The notes beneath the pieces were generated by a model. It had not been told where the DNA came from. It saw nothing but the letters and a program-made list of their open reading frames with translations, and made no database searches. Below are positions 41,497-53,770 of a stretch of DNA of 64,000 nucleotides, piece after piece. Source of the DNA: Chrysomallon squamiferum (lineage: Eukaryota > Animalia > Mollusca); NCBI GenBank assembly GCA_012295275.1, contig CM022679.1, forward strand, positions 10,974,001-11,038,000. Reading direction: 5' to 3'. Each line of letters starts with the position of its first letter. Position 1 is the stretch's first letter. A program made the translations under genes and the position numbers.

Positions 41497-42399
41497 TACC
41501 ATTAAAGTACGACTATAAAATAACAGGGATGACATTTTCCATTTTATCATGTTATTTCCATGTAAGTAAAAAAATGACATCGCTATAAAAATGAAAATGT
41601 CAGCTTTCTTGCACTTTAATTGGTTTATTATTTTACCTTAATGTTTTATTTTTACTTGCTTTTCATTGTGTTATAAAAATAACACTTGCAGACAGTCACT
41701 GTTATCAGATTGTAAGTGTAATCGTGTGTGTGTGTATGTGTGTATGTGTATATATATATATATAACCGTAAGTGTGTGTGTGCAGATAGATAGATAGATA
41801 ATACAATACAGTTGCAGACATTTTTTATTACTCTACACTGAAGTCTGCAGATAGTCACCGTTATCAGACTGTAGGTATAATTGTAAATACACACACACAC
41901 ACTCACAGACAATATATATATCATATATATACATTTATATTTATTTATTATAGATACAGACAGATAGACATACACACATATGTTTATCTATGGGTTTTTT
42001 TTTAAAAACGAACCACTGTACTTCCGTCCAGACAGGTTGTTTTCACTACACTTCTAACAAGAAGAGCTAATATTAGACAAGGAAGCAGCAGCACATACAG
42101 GTCTGTGTGTTGGGCAAATGCTGTAAGAATGGGAATAGTTTATCACAGAGTAGACCGAGTAAAAGAGATAATTTGTAGACACTGTCACCGCGGAATGCTG
42201 CTTGATTTAACAGTGGACTGGAATAATGGCCACAGTGTGCAGAGGTAGACAGGTGAAGCTGAGCATATAGCACCACGTCCCCCCTAACACAGGCCGTCTT
42301 TGTTAATAAGGCAACAAAGCCACTTTGTTGATATGAGAGAAATTTTAGGAATTTGCCTGATGATCTTTTTCTTTTCTTTTTCTTTTTTTCTTCTCATGC

Positions 42400-42720
42400 T
42401 TGCCCGAGTTAAGTGTAGAGTTATAAAAAAAAATCTGTATAATGATTATAGTAAGTACAATGAAGAAAAAAAAAAAAAAAAAAAAAAAAAGAAGGTGTAT
42501 AGTAATAGGCTTTGGGGTAATGTAATAAATAGTGTTAATGATACCAGACTTCAGTGTAGAGTAATAAAAAAAAAATGTATATAACACTAGACTTTGGAGT
42601 AATTAAAACCAGTATTTAATTCTTTGCTTTAGTGCAGAGTAAATAAAGTACATAAGACTAGACTTTATTGTAATAAAAAAAATATATAGATATATATAAT
42701 ACTGGCATTAGTTTAGAGTT
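42400..42720. repeat. Degenerate minisatellite (agactt-agtgtagagtaataaaa units)
   Basis: Recurring gtgtagagttataaaa, cagacttcagtgtagagtaataaaa, tagactttggagtaattaaaa and tagactttattgtaataaaa. Confidence 0.65.
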
Positions 42721-42866
42721 ATAGGAGAATTTCTATAAAACAGGACTGAGTGGGGTATGATATTTTCCACTTTGTCATAGATGAGTTGGTCTATCCTAGT
42801 CATTGTGTATATATATATATAAATATCATATCCCACTCAATCCTGTATTATACAAATTTTCCTATA
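42720..42866. mobile_element. MITE-like element with 46-bp terminal inverted repeats
   Basis: tataggagaatttctataaaacaggactgagtggggtatgatattt (42720-42765) against the reverse complement of 42821-42866: 5 mismatches by hand count; TA at both ends. Confidence 0.8.
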
Positions 42867-44284
42867 TAAATAAAAAAAAAAAAAAAAAAAAAAAAAAGAA
42901 CAAAATTAAATAAGGTCACATACCTAGGTAGTCACATTCACATGATAATGTACCAGCATGCCAGCCTTGAAAGTAATGTGACAACATGCACTGTTATAGC
43001 ATGCAGCTAATGAATGGGCAAGTCACTTGGGCTACTGTTAAAATGTTTCTACATTAATGCACCAACCTGTGAATGAATGGCTGGTAATGTACATGATATT
43101 GTTGAATGAGCATTCTGAATGAACACATTTATGATTATTTAACAGAGCGATGACTGAATCTGAACACCCCGAGTAATCTCTCTTTCATTATGTACCTGTA
43201 TTTACAAAAGAATAATTTTTTTCAAGAGTTAAGTATTGAACAGAACTGCAGCTGTTTTATACAGATAAACCTTGGCAAGCTACAATAAACTGCCTTCATA
43301 CATCTGTAGTATTAACAGTTTCTTGACTTCATATGGCCTTGAGATTTTAAAATAAAAAAAAAAATTTTTTTTTTTTTTTTTTTGTTCAAGATATAAAATA
43401 TAATGTAGAGCTTCATTACTAAAAGTGCAACTGATTTATGATAACATTTATATAAAAAGAAATTTGCACTGGCCTTGTGTTTATGTTCGTAATTATAAAA
43501 CTATAATTGCAGTTTAATTATAATCAGATTTTGTAACAAATTCAGTGTACAGACAATCAATTAATTAATACTAAAAGTATGCATATTGTGATTTAAAAAA
43601 TATATAGTACTAAAAACTACACTAATTTCTTATGATTACTATTATTGTAATAGTAATACATGTGATGATGGTTCTGAAGAAGTATTTTTAGTAGTAGTAG
43701 CAATAATAATAATAATAATAATAATTATTATTATTACTAAATATATTATACTTTTCAACAAATTGCAAATGATTTTCTACATTTAAGTAAATCATACATT
43801 ACTGGTCAAGACATACAGCATATGCAAAATGTGCCACAACAATGCAAGTGTTAAGTGGTTTATCAATGACTGATTGTGATACTAAAGCCTCTTAGTGTTT
43901 TATTGTCACTGCTGACATTCAGTCTTCTCCCCTGCCAAGAAATTAAGGCTTACATCTTGAAGATGACGCACCATTCATACCTGTTTAGGCATGAAATAAA
44001 GGCCGCATTCTACTGATGTGATATCACAGAGATTATTTTACACAGTCCATTTTGTTTTGTAAATAAACATGATCCCTTCTTTATATTTTTATTCTGCCAG
44101 GTTTATTCTGTGTTCGTTTTATATCTGTTACCTGATTTGTCAGCATACAAGTGTTGAAATAAAAGATCCTTTGTTTTTCTTACTGGAACTGAGAACTTGT
44201 AGTATAATAATAACACATTGAAGTGAAAAAAAAAAAATGTAACCTAAACAGTCGAGCTGAATCCCAGTTTTTGACATTCCAGAA

Positions 44285-44342
<58 letters not shown>

Positions 44343-44369
44343 CACACACAATTTAAAAAAAAAAATACT

Positions 44370-44540
44370 GTATTACTACTACACTTTTTAATAAAGACCA
44401 CTATTTGTAAATATCATCTTACTTCCATGACTTCAAATAAAGGCTACTGTTTAAAGATACTGTTTTTATTCTGAGCCTTTTAATAAAGTTCACTATTTGC
44501 AAACACTGTGTACCACTATGCCTTTAAAACAAAGACCACT
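44370..44540. repeat. Degenerate minisatellite, about 45 bp unit
   Basis: tttaataaagaccactatttgtaaa, tcaaataaaggctactgttt, tttaataaagttcactatttgcaaa and aacaaagaccact. Confidence 0.65.
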
Positions 44541-45684
44541 TGTTAATTAATCGTTACGTTCCTGTGTTAACAAAGGTGACTTTTTCTGTTCAGGTGGGAC
44601 TGTACTGTACACTTTTCTGTTGCATGACTGGGAATTATTCACTGGGAGGATTCTGGTGCTGCATGAACGGCACTGATATTTCTGGGAGGGTGGCAATCAC
44701 TGAAGCTACAACCTTGTCACCTGGCACAGGGAGACAAGAAGGCTGTTGTGATGTCACGCAAGAGTGATGTGTATTCGGTGAAGCGCTCAAGCGGAAAAGA
44801 ATGTAGTGCACAGGTACACAAAGCCCCTGTGTGGCTGAGTTGTGTGTGTGTGTCTCAGTGCCTGCAGCGCATTCCTCGCGAGACTGAAGCTTGCCCAGAT
44901 GACACAGGGATTTTTTTACTGTTTAACATCACTTTAACTTGTTGCTGTGTCCTGCAGGTCTGTGTTTGTCTGTGCTGGGTATATATGTATATATTTTCTT
45001 TATATCACGTACAATGTGAAATGACAGGTTACAATGGAAGTCAGTTTCTGGTGTGTGTAAGTTCAGCATTTTAATTAATTGCTTTACTGTAGAACATGTT
45101 TTACTTCTGTCCTTCTATGTTAATCTTCTTGTTCTAAATAACTTTTAATTTTAAACGTTTGTTTTTTTCTTGATATAGAATGCAAAATAAGAGTTTACAG
45201 AGGACATTAATTTTTGGTATATATAGTTTCAATGTTTAAAATTAATTTCTTTAATATAAGATATATTTAGTTTTGTCTTTTTATGTTAATCTTCTTGTTC
45301 TAAATTCTTTTCATGGTGGTTTCAAATAACTTTTGTTGAATATTTATAATATTTGTTGAATATTTATAATAGTCAAATTTGTACTTAATTAACTTTTATA
45401 ATTAACAATATTTATGTGAAGGAAGTAGTGAAATGTATTTTCTTGGTGTATCTTACTTTCAAGAGACATTTTATTTTCATGAACTATTTTGAGTTGGGCT
45501 CTTTCAGTCGTGTTTCAACCTACCTGTTTTATATTTAAATAAATAAATTTATTTTTCCTTAAATCTGATTCATTTATTCATAATAAATTTTTTATTTTAT
45601 TTATACTAATTTACTACATGGTTCTTGTCTCATTGTAACAAAACCCATTTCATGCCGAAAGTTGTAACTACACAGATTACATCA

Positions 45685-45717
<33 letters not shown>

Positions 45718-47001
45718 GAAAATCCTGGATCCAGCCCTGGGGAATGTTACTTTTATGAAATGTTTCAGCAATTTAAACTGAATCTTTGTATTTCATTCTG
45801 TGTTTTCCTTGTTTTTTTTTTATGTGTACAACTTGCCAAACTGAGCAACTTGAAAAACACTTTTATTTTTACTTTTATTCAGAGTGTTTGCAGCAGGGAA
45901 TTGGCTGATTTAGTCAGAAGTGGATTTGATAAAAGACTGGATTGCAGAAATGGATAACCTGGCTACGTTTAAGATATTAAAAACATCAGAGACTTAGGTA
46001 TGTATTAATAAAATATTTTCTATAACAAAATTCAGAGATCTGTCATTTAAATACATCAGTATATACGACTGAATAAAAACACCCACACAGATACATTCAA
46101 AAATAACTGTTAAATGCAACAATCTCTTATTTCTTGTAAACTGAACTTGATTTTCTTTATAACTGATGTTATTTTGTACTGAAAGTTGTATCATATTAAA
46201 GATCGTACACTTTCTGAAATACTGAATGTGATCTTGAGAATCATTAAAAGTCAAATTTGTCATGATTTGTCCTGTATTGAAAAGACACTCCTCTGTGTGT
46301 GTTAATAATAAAATAAACTTTAAGAAGAATGAGGAAATCCTGTTGATGAACACATTTTAATTGATTGGGTGCACAGTTTGCGTGCACTCTGTGAATATTA
46401 ATGTGTGATGGTGCATTTGACCCACTTCTGATAATTTGTAGGTCTGATTCATGTTAATAGCCAATTTGGGTTATCATCGAGTAATGTTGGGAAATAACCT
46501 CCAAATGGGAACAGTAACGGTTTTTCTGTTACATCTCATAATACATGCACAGAGCACACACACTCACACACACACACAATCACACACGCACACGCACACA
46601 CACAATCACACACACACACATACAAAAAAATATATATATATCTACATACGTAAATAACATTCACATTAACATAAAACCTGCATCATATTTACACTCACAG
46701 CTACATTCACAATTATTTATATGTGTAGATATAAAATTTCCAGCTGCTGGGTCTACAAAGCTTTCACATCCAAGGTATTTCACAGCACTTAATAAGGAAC
46801 TGCAAATGAGATTTGTTTAATTTATTCTGACTTAAGCATTCATTCTGTCTAATAAAAACAACAAAACGACAGTTAATGCTTCATCAGATGCACAATAACA
46901 CAATAATTTATGGTTTTAATGCATAGATGTAATAGGGCACCACTCCTTAAAAATAACCTAAGTGTAGATTATTTATGTTTATTGAAGTTACTATATGTAT
47001 G

Positions 47002-47058
<57 letters not shown>

Positions 47059-50000
47059 GAATATTAAAAAGTAGTGGATACCCTGTTACAACTTAATTTA
47101 AATATTTTTTGTGGTTTATTACAAAGAGCCACTTCCCAGGTTTTAAACTCAGTTGTTACAATTGAGTTCTGACCACAGTGAAGTGACCTTTTGTATCCTG
47201 TACATTGTACTTTCCCCTGTTTTGGATTACCTTGTCCAGCAAGGATGACAACAGCTGACTCACGCTCGACGAACACACAAAGTATTCTCCTACTTGAGAA
47301 TTGATTTACTTCTCTAGTAATACTGTTTTGTCAATAGTAATAAACAAGAACCTTTACGTTTTTCCTTCCACTTTGTATGCGACCGAGAATATGTATGTAT
47401 TTTTTTTATATACTTTTATCACAGAACTTTCCAAGCATGTCTGTTGTGGACACGCTTTTAGATTTTCTCAAGAGAGTTGTGTCTTAAGACAGGATTTTCT
47501 TTGTAAATTCTATAAACGTATATTTGTGAATAAGAAAGATAAGTGTGTAGGTGTCGGTGCGTGCTTGTATATAATACAGAATATCCACTGATTCAGTTAT
47601 CATACAGACCTGGCTGGTCTCAGTGTTACTGACCTTTTGAACACGGAAAGGGTTGAGTGCTGGCAGTGTTAGTGTGAAGAAAGAAATCATTATTATATAC
47701 TCAGACTGGGCAGTGATTGTGTTATGTGTTCAATAGGTCATCTGTGTTTATGTAGTCTTGAGCAAATCTGGTGTGTGATAGGTTCAGCAGTGTTAGCCAG
47801 ATAGACAGTTTCCGTAATGATGTCTTGCGCACTTCAAGGGTTCTTCACATAAACACTGTGTGAAATTTTAATATACAGAATAAATAGAAGAATATTGTTA
47901 ATGGTTGGCATATGGGAATTTTTTTGTATGAATGGCTGCTTAATGAATGTTTTGAGGTTAATGTTATTTTTGAATTACCTGGTTACCTGTTCTTTGTCGT
48001 TCAGTCTTTTCTAACAAACAGAATATGATTTAATTTTGTTTTCTAGGTTTATTCCTATTGGTGATATTGCTAAACTAATCAATGAGTGCAGTAGTAGATA
48101 ATTAATAAGAAGAAAGTAAGAAAAATTTTGAGGTAAAACTGATTTAAAAAAAAAAATAATAATAAAAAATAGAAAGGAAATGAATTTGGAAACATTTTTC
48201 CAACCATTGCCCAAAACAAAACAAAATTGGGGAATTTTTTTTTTTTCAAGTGCTCTTTTACAGTATTTTCTTTCTTTTTTTACCTTAATTTTTTATTTTT
48301 TTATTTTAGAATTTTGGATTTTTTATTACCTTTTTTTAAAGTATTAGGTTAAACATTCTTTAAATTCCTGACCCATGGTATAAAAAAGAAATAAAATTTT
48401 AAAGTTTATCTGTCATCAACCTGAGAAAATCAGTACTTCAGACACTGACCTATGCTAACCTGTTTATAATTCAGCAGCAGTTTGACGTTTCCACCCACTT
48501 TCTTCAGTGACAAGTACATTTTTATTACTTCTGTAGTCAAACTAACTCCGTATAGACTTTTTGTTGTCCCATGAAGAGCAATTTCGCTCATTCTGAATAG
48601 ACTTGGTGTTGATGTTCGAATACATTACATGGAATCAACAGAATGTTTCTAGGTGACTTTTAATTTTTATTTTTTTTATTTTTTTACATTTTTCAAATGA
48701 TACGATGTCAGCTTTAGGTAACTTATCAAATGTAATGGTTGATATTAAACTTTTAAATGTGATGTGTTTTTTTTCTGCTTTTTTGCTTGCCGATTTTCCG
48801 TCTGTAGGTGTTAGTAGATTATTTTACTTCTTTTGTTGTAAACCAGCCATAAAAAATATAAAATGACTTTCAGCTATATTACATTTCAATATTTGAAAAA
48901 TAGTTAAGTAGCTTGTGTGATCTCAGATGTCTGATTAAAACAGCAGTGTGGAATTTAAGCTTGTACTGTGAAAACGCTAAATCACATATCTGAGACTGAC
49001 AAATGGAATTTTTGTTGATTTTATTTGAAATAAAATTAAATAAGCATTTTCCCATGACAGAAAGGTAAGTAGTGAACTCTTAGATAAACAAGGGGATGCC
49101 ACTGAATTAGAAATAATCTTAAAATTTGGTCTAAGCTGGATTGATCCAGCAATCCATTGTACCTGTCTGTCATTCCATTAAGTTTCAATTCCTTTTTTAA
49201 ACAAAACGTATTTGGGATATTATTACTTCAGTTTCCTTGAAATAAGAAGTTTTCTTGTTTGTTTGAAACATTCCCTAGTAGAAGCCAACATTTCTAATCA
49301 AATACATCACACCATCTGTCATTGAAATTGTCTGTCTACAAAACATTACGTTTATATTTACAAACACATTGTGCTTCTTATGGTATATTTTACACACCAA
49401 TAGGAAAAATACACAACTAAGAAAACAAGAAAAATCCATTCTAAATGTAAAACAAACAAGTAAACCTGAAAAAGGTAAACATCAAATAGAAAAAGTAAAT
49501 CTTGTGTCATCACACAAGTTATCCTCTGTTGACTTTACAGTGTTTGCTGCGGTTTGCCATATTTTTTGCAGTTAAATCTACAGAACAGTGTAACAGTGGG
49601 TTGTTTTTGTATCCTGCTGTTTGCCTGGGTTTTTGTCATCGTGTTGCAAATCCGAGTGTAATTAAAATCAGTAGACATGTTTAATAAGCAATGTTTATTG
49701 GTAAATCTTGTGTGTCAGTGTAGAGAAATAACATGTGTTCCTTTGACATATGTTTTAGCCAGTCATAATGTTCAAAAGACAGAAGAAAGATAGATAAAGG
49801 TAGAGAGTGAAGGAAAGATTGAATACATTTGAAAGAAGGAGAAAGAGGAAGGGGAGAAAAGAGAGAGGGAATGAGGGAAGGATGGAAATGCGTTCCTGCA
49901 CAAATTTATTTTTTCAGTAATGCAATACAGTTTTTACTTTTCACAAATGATAAATTACTTTCTCAATACTTTATATTTCATGCCATGCTTCCTATAATGT

Positions 50001-50436
50001 TTTCAGTTTTGATATGAAGCTGTTGCTTGTGTTATCAAGGCAGTTGGTGTTGAGAAATGGGTAACAGAAGGAATGTGTGTTTAGCCTACCAGCTATGTTC
50101 ACTATGGAATGTTAGCATTCAGTGTACAGTTGTAAACCTGAGTAGTCCTGGGATTTTCATTACCTACCTGTATTATAGGTGAGTACTGTGTAATGTTGAA
50201 TGTAGGTAATTTCTGGAATGCTTTCATCAGATCATCTGTTCAAGCATGCATGTCATGGACAAGGATGTATTACTGGTTGAGACTTCTTTAAAATATTGGT
50301 TAGTCTGTTGTACTGATAAGTACTTGAACTTTGTATGAGTTTCAGGATTATTTTGAAGCTGATATGTTGATCGAAAAATGGTTACAGAAATCAATGGACA
50401 AACAGAGACAGATTGGGAATATATCCATAGACATAC

Positions 50437-50491
<55 letters not shown>

Positions 50492-51267
50492 ATACATCCA
50501 AGAAAGTGTTCATACAAGAACATAAACAAATAACAACATCTTCAATATCTGTTTACTCATTTCGTTCCATTCAGTTAGCCAGACATTACAATGAGAAGAT
50601 ACTGCTCTGAACACTGATGAATTCTGTAAGTCACTAGCTCTTACAGTCAAAACATGCTCAGACGGAGATATAGAGAGCAAGGAATGCTGGGAACTTAGTA
50701 CACTGCTGCTAGTGATAGATAAATTGCTTGTAACAAGGATGTGTGTAATGTAACACGCCAAGCTTGATCACTGTAATCATACCCAGGTGTGGGTGTCAGA
50801 GAATATCAGAGCAAATAACATACTGGGTTGTAGGAGGAAAAAAATGATATGAAATAAAAAGACGCATATTTGTGAATACGAGATTAACAAAAGGAGAGAG
50901 ATCAGTTTCTGAATCAACGTATTCATTATTTGTTTTGTAGCTAACCTGTGAATGTGTGTGGATTTAGGTAGGAATGTATCACAGTTAACAAGTTGAAACA
51001 TTTAGAAATAGTTATTGTCATTATAAAAATCATTGCTATTAGCATCATCATCGTTATCTTTATCGTTATAATCATCGTCATCTTCGTCATTATTATTATT
51101 ATTAAGAGAGACAGAAGAGAGCATGTTTATTGGTAAACGTTTTAAAAACTCTAATTTATTGTTTAAGAAATCCAGGTTAACACTGGGCTTGTATAACAAC
51201 TATGAGTAAATTCTGTTATTTAAAACTCGTTTCACTTTAAATACATAATCTTGCAGCCAGGAAAAAT

Positions 51268-51303
<36 letters not shown>

Positions 51304-51774
51304 ACTGTATTAAAATGAATAGAAAAATTTAAAAAGGTACAGACACTATTATAATTCACTAACAAGCTAGAACCAGTACCAGATCCCAGTTACCTTGACA
51401 TAGTTAAAAACTGACTCTCTGCAGAGGTTTTGTTAAAGAATTCATTCTCTGATTGACTTTCACAAGTGAAAACTTAGCCATTCTGGTAATTGGAAAATTG
51501 ACCATTAGGTATAAATAGGCTTTTCAAAATGAAAGAAGCCTTTTTGTTTTGCAGTCATACATTGACATAATCCAAGATGAAATTTGGTATTACCAAACCA
51601 CAAGCAGTAATTAAAAATTAGCTTTCCTTTAAGCATAAATCTTTTGTTGGAATGGGATATGGAGCAGTGACAAGAAATGATAACATGTTCCTCATGTAAA
51701 ATATCGGCATACAGAAAACCAAGGTCACAAAAGTAATTTTAAAAATTATTAAATAATATTATTTGAATACTAAT

Positions 51775-52000
51775 AATTTACCTATAAAGACATTAATATA
51801 TATATATTTTAATATATTGTTTGTATGTCTTTTTAATATTAAATAATTAAATACCTATAACATGGCTGTCGATACAATTACCTACAAAGGTATTAAAATA
51901 GCTCCTTTTTATGTTTTATTAGTGTTAAATATTTAAGTACTTCTGATAGTGTTGCCGATACAGTCACCTTTTAAAGATGTTAAACTGTTCTTTTAATGTC
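51775..52000. repeat. Degenerate tandem repeat, about 85-100 bp unit
   Basis: ttacctataaagacattaa, gtcgatacaattacctacaaaggtattaaa and gccgatacagtcaccttttaaagatgttaaa. Confidence 0.6.
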
Positions 52001-52176
52001 CTCTTTCCATGTCAACTGAAGGCAAAAACAGCATTAAAGAGACATCACAGAAATAGGTTTGACATTTAAATGAGAGTGTAGGAGTCGTTTGATGGAGATA
52101 TTCTCAACTAATCTGCAAAAACTATTTTAATTTACATGTACATAAGATGTAAAGAGCACACACAGAATTTTTACAA

Positions 52177-52217
<41 letters not shown>

Positions 52218-52552
52218 GGACTCTTTCCTTTTCTTTTAATGTCATCACTTGATTAATATCTCAGTTTCATTGAATAAAATCTATTTCAAGGTTTCCTTTT
52301 TTTTTTTTTTTTTCTTTTTTTTTTTTTGTTATTTTTTCTGTTTTTCTTGGTTTTTTGTGGAGCTTTTTTTGTTATTTTATGTTTTTGTTTTTTTTAAAAT
52401 TTGTTTTCTTTTTCTTTTACTAGCTTTTGTTTGGGATAGAAAATAAAACTGTGAAGGACAATTGATTCTATCAGGAGAATTACTAAGCTTAAGCCTTTTC
52501 AAAGAAAATCTTGATCCTATTTACATACAAGTTACAAAAAATAAATATCCAA

Positions 52553-52584
<32 letters not shown>

Positions 52585-53250
52585 AAATTAATAATAATAA
52601 TTATAATAATAATAATAATAGAAGATTAACATAAAATATAACAGTATATGATAAAACGGTATTCATTAAATTTTGTAATGTTATTAATTTTATTTAATGA
52701 AAATGTGCATCTTTTCAAAATGTTTATAATGCAAAATAAATAAGTAAATAAATAATGATAAAAATAATAAATAGTAAAATAATTAACCAGAATCCCAGTT
52801 TTAAAAGTATCAGTTAAAGCATTTCATTTATTTTATTCATAGATAAGTTTTATAATAAATAGGTGAAATATTTACTGAAATGAAGTATCGTCTTCATTAA
52901 AGACAGTAATAAACCTCATTCAGAAATAGCCTAATATAAAATGAAAAAAAAAAAAAGCTCTGGCATTTTATTTTTGATTCCTTTCCTTCATAATAGTTCT
53001 TTTTAATTAGATTTCTTTCTTTTTCTGTTGAGGCAGCAGAAGTTGATTGATTTCTGTTTTGAAACACTTAGAAATGTGTGTCAGGCTATTTATGTGAAAT
53101 TTGATTTTAAAGAGAAAATTAAGACAAGGTTCAGAGAGGTGAGAGAGAAAAAAAGAAACCTTGTAACAGACTCATTATACTTTGTTCAATGGAATTTTTG
53201 GAAAGATGTGTGTCAAATAATGGTGTCATGTGTGTTTTGTGTGTGCATAT

Positions 53251-53412
<162 letters not shown>

Positions 53413-53717
53413 GAAATATATGAGCTGAGCTGAAAGACGGAGAAAAAAACCAGTGACATGAAGTAGCGAAGGAGATGGATGTATTGATATATAGAGATAT
53501 AAGTTAGAAATGTAGATAAAAAGCAGGAATAACTAATAAAACATTTGGAGAAAAAAAAAAAAGAGAAAAAGAAAAACTGAAATGACCAGAAATAACAGAT
53601 CATGGGCTGACAGACGAAAGTGAGAAAGTAACACACACAGTGAGAAAGGGTCACAACAGTTGTTGAAGAAACAAAAAAGACATCTTAACATTTGAAAAGT
53701 TCACACATAAATAACAC

Positions 53718-53770
<53 letters not shown>

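Noticed and set aside
51002-51199. Acidic N/D-rich ORF
   Set aside because: It is a degenerate ATC/ATT trinucleotide repeat.
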